A model generated the notes under the pieces. That model made no database searches. It saw only the letters and a list, made by a program, of their open reading frames with translations, and was not told where the DNA came from. This document shows positions 38,475-47,507 of a stretch of DNA of 64,000 nt, one piece after another (the stretch's first letter is position 1; every line of letters begins with the position of its first letter). Source of the DNA: Gemmatimonadota bacterium (GTDB taxonomy: Bacteria; Gemmatimonadota; Gemmatimonadetes; Gemmatimonadales; GWC2-71-9); assembly GCA_039586365.1 (NCBI GenBank), contig JBDHKN010000017.1, positions 1-64,000 on the forward strand, given 5' to 3'. Position numbers and translations under genes: made by a program.

Positions 38475-40324
38475 TATTCACCGCATCCGGCAAGAAGATC
38501 CGGGTGATGTTCACCCCGTTTCGGGACGGCTTGCAGAGTTCGTTTGGTGGTAAAGTCCGGATACAGGACATCCTTCCTGCGATGGAGGCATCCGCGGCGG
38601 CAGGCATACGGCACTTCGAGTTCGGTGGTGGCGCTCGCTACCAAGCACCCTATTTCTACCTCGGTGAGAACCCGTTCGACGACATGCGCAAGATGCGGCA
38701 GGCGGTCGGACCGGACGTCGACTTGCAGATTCTCACCCGCTCGGTTTCTGGAGTAACTCTCACTACTCAGAGTATTGATGGCCTGCAGCTACAGGCTAGG
38801 CTGATGAAGGCGGCGGGCACGACGTGGGATCGCAACTTCGATTACATGAACGACGTAGAGAATCTGGTAAAAACCGGTAAGCCCATTATTGACGTGGGCA
38901 TGCACCACCAGGTCTGCATTGCTCTCATGGGGTTGCCATTTCACTCGGACCGGGTACACACGCCGGAGTTCTACATCAACATCGGACGGCGGTTGCTCGA
39001 GAGTGGAATGCACATCGGCAGTATCTGCATGAAGGATGCTAGTGGCACTACTGATCCCAAGACGATCTACGATACTGCGGTCGGTCTGAAGAAGATCATG
39101 CCGCCCGAAATGCCGCTCTGGATGCACACGCACGACACGGCGAGCACAGCGGTTGCCTGCTACATGGCCGCTATCGCAGGTGGGGCTGATGGTGTGGACT
39201 TGTCGGTGCGACCGTTTGCCAGCGGTACCGTGCAACCAGACGCTCGGTCGCTGGCACATGGACTGAAAGGTACCGGATACCAACTCGAGATCGACGTATC
39301 GAAACTGTCGGACATCGAGGGCATGCTGAACGACCTATTGAAGGACTATGACTTCAACCCTACTACCACCACTCCGGACGCCCGGGTACTGGGTTTCCCG
39401 ATGCCTGGTGGAGCCATCGGGCCGAACGTGCACATGATGGCCAAGGCTGGGATCCTTGAGAAGTACGGCGACGTGTTGGCCGAGTTTCCCGTTGTGGTGG
39501 AGGCTGGCGGGGCTTGGACGAGTGTTACGCCCGGCAGTCAACAGTACTGGCTGCAGGCATTCAACAACGTCCTCTACGGGCGCTGGAAGAAGATCGATCC
39601 TGGTTATGGCAAGGCGGTTTTGGGCTACTTCGGTAAGACGCCACTGCCTCCGGATGCAGAAGTAGTCAAGTATGCCTCACAGCAGCTCAACATGCCGGTG
39701 TTCGATGGGGATCCGTTGGAGGCCGCTCCGAAGAACATCGACCCTGCGAAGCAGGCGCTCGAGGAACGTAACCTCCCCGTAACGGATGAGAACATCTTTT
39801 TGGTGATGGCAGCGATGGTTCCGGGCAAGAAGTTGGAAACCAACGAGGGCATCCGCCTGCTGGCCGGAAACCCGAAGATCGATGTACCACTGAAGAAGAA
39901 GCAAGAGGTCGCGGCTCCCGCAGCCGTGACAGCAGCGCCGGTAGTGGCTGCGCCAAGCCTCACGGGGCCTATTACCACGACGTGCACGGTAGAGGAAAAC
40001 GGTGCCAAACGGAGATTCGTGGTTACGCTTGAACCGACCGGAGTCGGGGGCGTGAGTCCGGCGGCTGGTGCCCCAGAGCCTATCGCTGCGGCGGCCGCGA
40101 CAGACGGAACACCGGTGTTCTCGACGTTCGCCGGTTTCGTGGAGGTCGTCGACATCCTGGTGCAAGTCGGAGACAGTGTCAGCAAGGGGACTGCGGTTGC
40201 CGCCGTGGAAGCCATGAAGGCGAAGCACGATATCAAAGCCCCGCGAGATGGCAGGGTCAGCGCCATACACGCGAAGATCGGCGATGAGATCGATTCTTCC
40301 AAGCCGATCCTGACGATCGCCTGA
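38471..40324 (+). CDS. oadA: Oxaloacetate decarboxylase alpha-like carboxyltransferase with biotin carrier domain
   Basis: RDGLQS, EFGGGA, CMKDASG, HTHDT, PMPGG, VTPGSQ; Ala/Pro linker; EAMK biotinyl motif. Confidence 0.88.
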   Translation: MIFTASGKKIRVMFTPFRDGLQSSFGGKVRIQDILPAMEASAAAGIRHFEFGGGARYQAPYFYLGENPFDDMRKMRQAVGPDVDLQILTRSVSGVTLTTQSIDGLQLQARLMKAAGTTWDRNFDYMNDVENLVKTGKPIIDVGMHHQVCIALMGLPFHSDRVHTPEFYINIGRRLLESGMHIGSICMKDASGTTDPKTIYDTAVGLKKIMPPEMPLWMHTHDTASTAVACYMAAIAGGADGVDLSVRPFASGTVQPDARSLAHGLKGTGYQLEIDVSKLSDIEGMLNDLLKDYDFNPTTTTPDARVLGFPMPGGAIGPNVHMMAKAGILEKYGDVLAEFPVVVEAGGAWTSVTPGSQQYWLQAFNNVLYGRWKKIDPGYGKAVLGYFGKTPLPPDAEVVKYASQQLNMPVFDGDPLEAAPKNIDPAKQALEERNLPVTDENIFLVMAAMVPGKKLETNEGIRLLAGNPKIDVPLKKKQEVAAPAAVTAAPVVAAPSLTGPITTTCTVEENGAKRRFVVTLEPTGVGGVSPAAGAPEPIAAAAATDGTPVFSTFAGFVEVVDILVQVGDSVSKGTAVAAVEAMKAKHDIKAPRDGRVSAIHAKIGDEIDSSKPILTIA

Positions 40325-40336
40325 AGAGGCTAGTCA

Positions 40337-41458
40337 ATGGACACAGTAGCTGAACTGCTGCGGCAGTCGGGCTTTGCTAACCTGGGCCTCGGTAACCTGG
40401 CGATGTTTGTGATCGCTGGGGTCCTCATCTACCTGGCCATCACAAAACACTACGAACCCCTTCTTCTGATCCCCATCGGATTTGGCGCCATTTTGGCCAA
40501 CCTGCCGTTGGCGGAAATGGGATCGTACGGAGAAGGCATTATCAGCCTGATCTATGAGCAGGGGATCAGTACAGAGCTTTTGCCTCCTCTGATCTTTCTC
40601 GGGGTAGGCGTCCTTACCGACTTTCGCCCACTACTCGGTCGCCCGCTCACATTTCTGCTTGGTGCTGCGGCGCAGCTCGGGATATTCGTAGCCGCACTAG
40701 GGGCGGGTTACCTGCTGAACTTCAGTCCTCAGGAAGCGGCATCAATAGGGATCATCGGAGGAGCAGACGGACCAACCTCAATCTTTCTCACGGCCCAACT
40801 TGCACCTCACCTATTGGGACCGGTGGCGGTGGCAGCCTATAGCTACATGTCGCTGGTACCGATCATTCAGCCACCCATCATGCGGTTGCTCACGACGTCG
40901 GAAGAACGAGCGATTGACATGCCTCAGGCGATACCGGTGTCGCGGACGGCAGTGATACTGTTTCCGATCGTGACCGGTACTCTGGCTTCACTCGCCATTC
41001 CTTCGAGTGCTCCCCTCATCGGAATGCTCATGTTTGGCAATCTTCTTCGTGAGTGCGGAGTGACTGATCGACTACGCAAGACAGCCGGTGGATCGATGAT
41101 TGACATAGTAACCATCTTTCTGGGTCTTGCAGTGGGTGCGACCATGGACGCGGAGCACTTCTTGAGCCACCGCACCATTCTGATTCTCGCTCTCGGGGCT
41201 GTAGCCTTCGCATTCAGTACCGCCGGTGGCGTTGTATTTGCCAAGGTGATGAACCTGTTTCTGAAACGGAAGATCAATCCCTGCATCGGTGCTGCAGGCG
41301 TGTCTGCAGTTCCCATGGCGGCACGTGTGGTGCAGAAGTTCGTGTCCGACTCGACCGACGGTCGCGTGAATCCCTTGATGCCCGCCATGGGACCGAACGT
41401 GGCTGGCGTAATTGGCTCGGCAGTGGCCGCTGGAGTGTTCCTAACCCTGCTCAGTTAG
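40337..41458 (+). CDS. oadB: Na+-translocating decarboxylase beta subunit
   Basis: EPLLLIPIGFG, GAAAQLGIF, IGIIGGADGPT, AAYSYM.LVP.IQPP, GVSAVPMAARV, MGPNVAGVIG. Confidence 0.96.
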   Translation: MDTVAELLRQSGFANLGLGNLAMFVIAGVLIYLAITKHYEPLLLIPIGFGAILANLPLAEMGSYGEGIISLIYEQGISTELLPPLIFLGVGVLTDFRPLLGRPLTFLLGAAAQLGIFVAALGAGYLLNFSPQEAASIGIIGGADGPTSIFLTAQLAPHLLGPVAVAAYSYMSLVPIIQPPIMRLLTTSEERAIDMPQAIPVSRTAVILFPIVTGTLASLAIPSSAPLIGMLMFGNLLRECGVTDRLRKTAGGSMIDIVTIFLGLAVGATMDAEHFLSHRTILILALGAVAFAFSTAGGVVFAKVMNLFLKRKINPCIGAAGVSAVPMAARVVQKFVSDSTDGRVNPLMPAMGPNVAGVIGSAVAAGVFLTLLS

Positions 41459-41687
41459 GGCTCCCACAGCCGAAGGTGCCACTCCCCTTCCGACGGTAAT
41501 GGGGGTCGGTATACTGGGGAGTAGGTCATTCCTGCCAACCTCCAACGCATCTCCACGCACGTTGGCAACGTTTGCGGTGTGACGCTAAACCCTCCGGTGA
41601 CCTTTGAGGCGACGCTGGTAGTAGCCAAGCGAGATCCCGACGGTTACGTAGTTGGATCCGCCAGCCTACGAGCCGTAGTGGCCAGTA

Positions 41688-43415
41688 ATGGAGGCAGAAA
41701 TGTGGTCCGTGAAGATAGATCCCCGCAATTCGAAGGAGTACATCGCGGTATCTGAGAAGGGCCGCCCAGTGCTCCTCAATCCGTTTACGAACAAGAGCAC
41801 AGCCTTTACTCAGGAAGAGAGAGACGCTCTTGGCATCGCAGGATTGGTGCCACCCGCAGTCTCCACCATCGAGCAGCAGCTGAAGCGGACGTACGAGAAC
41901 TTCAGGGCATATGCAACCAACCTAGAGAAGTTCATGTTCCTGACCAGCCTGCAAGACCGTAACGAGACTCTGTTCTTTCGCCTTGTGCATGAGCACATCG
42001 ATGAGATGATGCCGATCGTCTATACGCCGGTTGTAGGAGAAGCCTGTCAGAAGTTCTCCCACATCTATAGAAGGGCCCGCGGACTATACATCAACTATGA
42101 GCAGCGGGACTTCATAGAGAGCATCCTTCCCAATCACCCCAGACCACCTGGGGTGATTGTGGTAACAGACGGGGAGCGCATCCTGGGCCTAGGTGACCAG
42201 GGCGCCGGTGGTATGGGCATCCCGATCGGGAAGCTCTGTCTCTACACTCTGTGTGCTGGGATTCCACCACACCTTACTCTGCCAATCATGCTCGACGTAG
42301 GAACAGACAACGAAGAACGCCTGAAAGATCCGCTGTACTTGGGCTTGCGCCAGAAACGGATACGGGGGCAGGAGTACCAGGACTTCATCGACAAGTTCGT
42401 CAATGCTGTCCGGAAGGTCTATCCGGAGGCCTTGCTGCAGTGGGAAGACTTCCTCAAGGGTAATGCGATCTACCAGCTCAAGCGGTTCCGCAATGAGTTC
42501 TGCACCTTCAACGACGACATTCAAGGGACTGCCGGTGTGGTATTGGCGGGCGTGTATAGCGGCCTTAGGATAACGGGTGCAGCGATGAAGGACCAACGCA
42601 TCCTCTTTGCGGGGGCGGGAGCGTCTGCGCAAGGGATCTCTGACCTGCTCGTTTCGGCGATGCTGGAAGAAGGTCTGGCCCTGGAGGAGGCCAGGAAGCG
42701 GATTTGGACAGTCGACAGCCGTGGACTCGTAACGGAAGATCGCGCTGGTCTTGAAGACTTTAAGGCAACGTACGCACGGGGTGTGGAAGAAGTGGCGGCG
42801 TACAAGTGCCAAGATTCTTTACGGATTACGCTAGAGGAATCCGTGCTAAATGCGAAACCGACCATACTGATTGGCACGTCCGGAACGTCCGGAATGTTCA
42901 CCGAATCCGTCGTGCGCGCGATGACCGATATCAACGGGAGGCCCATGATCTTCCCGCTATCCAATCCCACAAGCAAGAGCGAATGCACTGCGGAGCAAGC
43001 GGTGCACTGGTCTGATGGGAAGGCAATAGTGGCCACCGGGAGCCCATTCGAGCCGGTCGAGTACAATGGGAAGCGGTACCGTATCGGTCAGGGGAACAAT
43101 GCATTCATCTTCCCTGGCGTCGGTCTCGGCGTATGGGTGGGACAGGTCAAGCGTATCACTGACGGGATGTTCCTGGATGCAGCCAAGGCTCTGGCGAGCC
43201 AAGTAAAGGACGAGGACCTGGCTGCGATGGCAGTGTACCCGGAACTGACGCGAATCCGCGAATGCTCCCACTCAGTGGCGTGTGCCGTTATTCGCCGCGC
43301 CGTGGCAGAGGGACATGCTAGGGAGGAGGTCTTGGAAGATCTCGAGAGCACGGTCGAGAAGGCAATGTGGTTCCCAGCGTACCGTCCGGTGCGGTACGAA
43401 CCTCGCTCCTGGTAG
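41688..43415 (+). CDS. maeA: NAD-dependent malic enzyme
   Basis: LQDRNETLF, PIVYTPVVG, VTDGERILGLGD, FNDDIQGT, GAGASA, LSNPT, GQGNN. Confidence 0.95.
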   Translation: MEAEMWSVKIDPRNSKEYIAVSEKGRPVLLNPFTNKSTAFTQEERDALGIAGLVPPAVSTIEQQLKRTYENFRAYATNLEKFMFLTSLQDRNETLFFRLVHEHIDEMMPIVYTPVVGEACQKFSHIYRRARGLYINYEQRDFIESILPNHPRPPGVIVVTDGERILGLGDQGAGGMGIPIGKLCLYTLCAGIPPHLTLPIMLDVGTDNEERLKDPLYLGLRQKRIRGQEYQDFIDKFVNAVRKVYPEALLQWEDFLKGNAIYQLKRFRNEFCTFNDDIQGTAGVVLAGVYSGLRITGAAMKDQRILFAGAGASAQGISDLLVSAMLEEGLALEEARKRIWTVDSRGLVTEDRAGLEDFKATYARGVEEVAAYKCQDSLRITLEESVLNAKPTILIGTSGTSGMFTESVVRAMTDINGRPMIFPLSNPTSKSECTAEQAVHWSDGKAIVATGSPFEPVEYNGKRYRIGQGNNAFIFPGVGLGVWVGQVKRITDGMFLDAAKALASQVKDEDLAAMAVYPELTRIRECSHSVACAVIRRAVAEGHAREEVLEDLESTVEKAMWFPAYRPVRYEPRSW

Positions 43416-43437
43416 AGCCGGGTAGGGGTGATTTCTT

Positions 43438-43472
43438 GGGGGGCGCTTTTGTCCTGCCCCCTCCTTTCTTTC
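43438..43472 (+). terminator. Probable intrinsic terminator between convergent genes
   Basis: GGGGGCG...TGCCCCC stem followed by pyrimidine run CCTTTCTTT. Confidence 0.55.
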
Positions 43473-43486
43473 CGCGCAGAGTATTC

Positions 43487-44179
43487 TCAGGATATAGCCC
43501 ACAGTGCTGCCCTGCGAGCGTGGATCTCAGTGGTGTCAAACAGTGGCACGGGACTGTCCTCTTGCTTCACTAGCAGCGAAAGCTCGGTGCAACCCAAGAT
43601 AGTTCCCTCGGCGCCCCTGCTAGCCAAATCCCTGATGATCTCTGCGAACTGGGTCCGGGACTCGTTGTTGATGTTCCCAGCACAGAGTTCCTCATAGATG
43701 ACTCGATGTATCATCTCGCGTTGGTGCTTGTCAGGTATCAAGACTTTCAAGCCGTGCATGTCGCTCAGCCGATCCCTGTAGAACGCCTGCTCCATGGTGA
43801 ACTTCGTGCCCAGCAGCCCGATTCCATGAATACCAGATTCCCTCACACTGCTCGCAACCGCATCAGCAATGTGGAGTACAGGGATCTCGATGGCTCTCTG
43901 AATTGCGTCGGCCACTCGATGCATGGTGTTTGTGCACAGAACGAGGCAGTCAGCACCTGCTGCCTGGAGGGATCGGGCGGCTTGGGCGAGAATGCTCCCG
44001 GTCTTGTCCCACGCACCTGCGTGCTGCAGTTGCTCTATCTCATGGAAATCAACGCTGTGCAGCACGATCTTGGCCGAGTGTAGACCTCCCAATTGGCCAT
44101 TGATCGTGCGGTTTATGATCTGGTAGTAAGAGACCGTCGATTCCCAACTCATGCCGCCGAGTAGGCCAATTGTCTTCAC
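43487..44179 (-). CDS. Aspartate/glutamate racemase family protein (YgeA/RacX-like)
   Basis: KTIGLLGGMSWEST, CTNTMH, LLGT.FTM, GCTE. Confidence 0.93.
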   Translation of the reverse strand: MKTIGLLGGMSWESTVSYYQIINRTINGQLGGLHSAKIVLHSVDFHEIEQLQHAGAWDKTGSILAQAARSLQAAGADCLVLCTNTMHRVADAIQRAIEIPVLHIADAVASSVRESGIHGIGLLGTKFTMEQAFYRDRLSDMHGLKVLIPDKHQREMIHRVIYEELCAGNINNESRTQFAEIIRDLASRGAEGTILGCTELSLLVKQEDSPVPLFDTTEIHARRAALWAIS

Positions 44180-44254
44180 CGGACTGCTCCTGTGGTCTGT
44201 GACTGTGACGAGGATCCGACCGCCGCTCGGTTGCGCTGGTCAGGTCCCAGTGGA

Positions 44255-45505
44255 CTACTCGCCAGGGAATCTCGTGACGTGAACGGGCTCCTCCAAAAAC
44301 ATCGCGTGGAGCGTGTCACCCTCACGTACGTCCAGGTGATCTTCTGGCACGAGGATCAGCGCGTTCGCCTTTGCCATCGAGGTGAGGATGCCGGATCCTT
44401 GCCCTCCGGTTAGTCTCGCGACCAGATGCCCGTTGACCTGTTCGACGACAGCCCGTAGAAAATGATGCAGCGGTGCTCGCAGACTTGTGCGCTCACCCAT
44501 TCGAACGGGGACTGTCCTACGAAACGGGTGATCGTGACCCAGCATTGTGCGAATCACGGGACGAACGAATAGCTCGAAGGTGACCATTGTGCTCACTGGA
44601 TTGCCTGGGAGCCCGATCCACGGTTTCCCTCGCAGCAGGCCAAAGGCTATCGGGCCGCCCGGCCTCATTCGGACACGCCAGAATCGCATTTCGCCACCTT
44701 GTTCCTCGACCACCTGTCGGAGGTAGTCGTGTTCACCGACGCTTACTCCACCGGAAGTAACCAGCAGATCCACTTCCCTCACCGCGTCCAGCCTGTCCCT
44801 CAGATCCTGGGGTTCGTCCTGCCCGATGCCGAGGTCGACAGCTACCCCTCCCGTCGCTTTGACCATCGCAGCCAAGGTGTAGGAATTGGATGAGGCGATC
44901 TTTCGCCCGTCCAGTATCGCCTGTCGCTCGCTCAGGTCAGCAAGCTCGTTCCCTGTTGCGAGGATACCCACCAGTGGTTTTCGGTGGACCCGCACTTGTT
45001 CCGTTGCGAAGGACGCCAAAACCCCGATCTGGGCAGCCCCCAATTGGGTACCGGCTACCAGCACGAGGGAGCCGCGCTGGATGTCTTCACCGCGCTGTCT
45101 GACGTTCTGTTTGGCGTCGCGATCGTCATCGATCTGTATGGCCCCGGCCTCAAGTTCGCTGGTGTCTTCCTGGCGAATGACCGAATCGGACCCCTCGGGG
45201 ATGGGAGCCCCAGTGAAGATCCTGGAACACTGACCGAACCCCACCACCTTCGTGGGGACAGCGCCGGCTGCGATTCGATCCACCACCACCAACTTCACCG
45301 GGCAACAGCCCAGGACATCGCTACTTCGAACGGCATAGCCGTCCATGGCGGCGTTGTCCCAATGCGGTAGGTCAATAGGGCTGGTGATTGCGTCTGCGAG
45401 AACCCGACCCAAGGCGTCGGCCAGGGGTACAGCCTCTGGCGGCAGAACTCGTACAGTGCTGAGGATGTTGTGGGCGGCTTCAGCTGGCGTCAGCTTATAG
45501 AGCAT
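44255..45505 (-). CDS. moeA: Molybdopterin molybdotransferase
   Basis: NAAMDGYAV, TGAP.P.G.D.V, TGNEL, TSGGVSVG..D, GLPGNPVS. Confidence 0.95.
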   Translation of the reverse strand: MLYKLTPAEAAHNILSTVRVLPPEAVPLADALGRVLADAITSPIDLPHWDNAAMDGYAVRSSDVLGCCPVKLVVVDRIAAGAVPTKVVGFGQCSRIFTGAPIPEGSDSVIRQEDTSELEAGAIQIDDDRDAKQNVRQRGEDIQRGSLVLVAGTQLGAAQIGVLASFATEQVRVHRKPLVGILATGNELADLSERQAILDGRKIASSNSYTLAAMVKATGGVAVDLGIGQDEPQDLRDRLDAVREVDLLVTSGGVSVGEHDYLRQVVEEQGGEMRFWRVRMRPGGPIAFGLLRGKPWIGLPGNPVSTMVTFELFVRPVIRTMLGHDHPFRRTVPVRMGERTSLRAPLHHFLRAVVEQVNGHLVARLTGGQGSGILTSMAKANALILVPEDHLDVREGDTLHAMFLEEPVHVTRFPGE

Positions 45506-45517
45506 GGTGCCGGAACC

Positions 45518-46132
45518 CTAGTGATCGACCAGGCTACGCCACAACTCCTGTGCCTTCGTGAGATCCGTGGGTGTGTTGATGTTGAACAGAATGGTCTCAG
45601 GATCTCCGTAGCGCTCCACTTCCTCCCGTGATAGAGTGCCCAGGTTGACGGAATCAAGAAACCCTGACGCTCTGAAATCCTCGTCCGCGAGGTGCTCTCG
45701 GATCGCAACCAAGCAGCTGGGTTTGTACACGGCACAAAGCGGTTCCAGGCGGTTCTTCGGACCGCTACTCTCAGGAAGGAACGCATCGTAGCCATCCGAG
45801 CGCTTCACCAGCTCCGCCAGTAGCTCGACTGGGACGAAAGGCATATCCCAAGCCAACACGAGAACGGGTGCCTCGGAAGCACTCAGCGCCGTATAGATAC
45901 CGCCAAGGCTGCCGCAGTTGCGGATCGCATCCCGGATCACCCTGAGATCCGGTCGCCAATCCGATGCCTCGGCTGCGTTTGCTATGAGCAGCGGTGACGT
46001 CTCAGTGACTGCTGCTAGGGCGAGTGCAACGCGGTCGAGGATTCTCTCGCCCCCCACTTGCTCCAAACCCTTCGGCCGGCCACCGAAGCGACTCGCTGTG
46101 CCGCCGGCTAGTATCGCTCCGCGCACGTGCAA
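45518..46132 (-). CDS. mobA: Molybdenum cofactor guanylyltransferase
   Basis: ILAGG.ASRFGG.PK, GSLGGI, DMPF, EPLCAVY, FNINTP.DL; TTG start after SD GGAGG. Confidence 0.92.
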   Translation of the reverse strand: MHVRGAILAGGTASRFGGRPKGLEQVGGERILDRVALALAAVTETSPLLIANAAEASDWRPDLRVIRDAIRNCGSLGGIYTALSASEAPVLVLAWDMPFVPVELLAELVKRSDGYDAFLPESSGPKNRLEPLCAVYKPSCLVAIREHLADEDFRASGFLDSVNLGTLSREEVERYGDPETILFNINTPTDLTKAQELWRSLVDH

Positions 46133-46181
46133 GCCACCTCCAGCTGAGTTGCTGATATCGTGCCAATGTGAAACGGTTGGT

Positions 46182-46607
46182 TCACGGCTCGCCGCTGTAC
46201 TCCGCGTAGAGTGCAGGGTCCTCGTGAACGCGAACTCGCGTGAGTCGGACCCCCTCCGGGAGTCTGGGTGCAATTCGCCTCCAGATGTAGACGGCTAGGG
46301 CTTCCGAGGTGGGGACCCGGGCACCAAACGCGAACTCAGGGACGTCGTAGTTGATGTGGTGGTGATCGAGTCGTTCCATCACCTCTTCACGCAGGATACC
46401 ATCTAATTCACCGAGATCCATGACCATCGACGTGTCGGCGTCCGGTTGCCCCGAAACAGTGATGTGGCATTCGTACGAGTGTCCATGCCCGTGCTCGTTA
46501 GCGCACTTGCCGAATGCCTCGACGTTTCGCTCCGAGGACCACTCCGGACGGTAGTATCGATGGGCGGCGGCAAAAGACACCACCCTTGTCAGCTGAACAG
46601 TGGCCAC
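46182..46607 (-). CDS. queD: 6-carboxytetrahydropterin synthase / PTPS family
   Basis: F.AAH, FGKCANEHGHGHSY, LDH..IN, PTSE.LA, E....YAEY. Confidence 0.88.
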   Translation of the reverse strand: MATVQLTRVVSFAAAHRYYRPEWSSERNVEAFGKCANEHGHGHSYECHITVSGQPDADTSMVMDLGELDGILREEVMERLDHHHINYDVPEFAFGARVPTSEALAVYIWRRIAPRLPEGVRLTRVRVHEDPALYAEYSGEP

Positions 46608-46737
46608 GCTACCAATTTACGAAAGAGTCTGCCGGCCTGCACCACCACAACCTGTGTTGCGCGTCAACCGGCACGGTGCGCTGGATTCATGAACTGTCGT
46701 GCCGACAGTCGGTGGTCACTGTTCCGAATGGTTGGTC

Positions 46738-47433
46738 CTATGACCCGAGGGCGAAAGCCAGCCCGAAGGTGAGTACGAGATGATGGATCCATTCAGACTC
46801 ATCATGGATTTGAGGATCCAACACGGGAGCTATGTCCGAGGCTGGGGCTTCTAGAAACGAAAGGGGGTAGCTGAGACGCCATATGACGTCTCGTGCCTCC
46901 AGCTTGAGAGAGAGCCGGTCGGAGGGATGTAGCCGGATGCCGACTTGGGGCCCTGTGTGAAACTGGATGGCGAACTTGAATCCAGTGATATCCTGCTTCA
47001 CGTCCGAGCCAAAGACCAACCCCAGGTTGCCGCCGACGTATGGTATCAGACCGTGCCAGGTCTTCTGACCAGTGAGAAGTAGATTGGCACCGACGCCGGC
47101 GAACAGCAGGGTCTGGTTTGCAGCACCGATTACTCGGGTTTCCGGGACCGAGTTCCGGTCGATCAACGTACGCTTCAGTCTTGCCACACTGAGGTCGAGA
47201 AACGCGTCGGCCGGACCACCCATCTTGATACTCGCCTGGAGCCCTGCGAGGGGGCCGTCCGTCGGGCCAACTCCCGCCGAACCGGCTGGGCCGCTTAGAT
47301 ACCCGCCGGTGAATGACAGCCATTTCGTGGCCCGCAGACTCCTATAGGGGGACGATTCGGGAGTGTGACCAACCTGTGCACACAGCTCCCCAAAACCGAA
47401 GGTGGGTGATAAGAGCATGGCAGCCATTATCAT
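46738..47433 (-). CDS. Exported protein, probable outer-membrane beta-barrel
   Basis: Signal peptide (AQVGH.P..SPYR), alternating beta-strand pattern, PYVGG.LG, aromatic near C-terminus. Confidence 0.65.
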   Translation of the reverse strand: MIMAAMLLSPTFGFGELCAQVGHTPESSPYRSLRATKWLSFTGGYLSGPAGSAGVGPTDGPLAGLQASIKMGGPADAFLDLSVARLKRTLIDRNSVPETRVIGAANQTLLFAGVGANLLLTGQKTWHGLIPYVGGNLGLVFGSDVKQDITGFKFAIQFHTGPQVGIRLHPSDRLSLKLEARDVIWRLSYPLSFLEAPASDIAPVLDPQIHDESEWIHHLVLTFGLAFALGS

Positions 47434-47459
47434 ATGTTTCAGTCTGCCACTAGCTCGGT

Positions 47460-47488
47460 TTGACATCCGGCCCGCCTGCTCCTAGTAT
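47460..47488 (+). promoter_or_regulatory. sigma70 promoter
   Basis: TTGACA-17 nt-TAGTAT. Confidence 0.75.
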
Positions 47489-47507
47489 GCGGAATTTGAG
47501 ATCAAGA

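Noticed and set aside
41459..41687. Hairpins and GGGGAGUAG (yybP-ykoY-like word) before malic enzyme
   Set aside because: GGGGAGU is paired in a simple hairpin with ACUCCCC; other yybP-ykoY elements are absent
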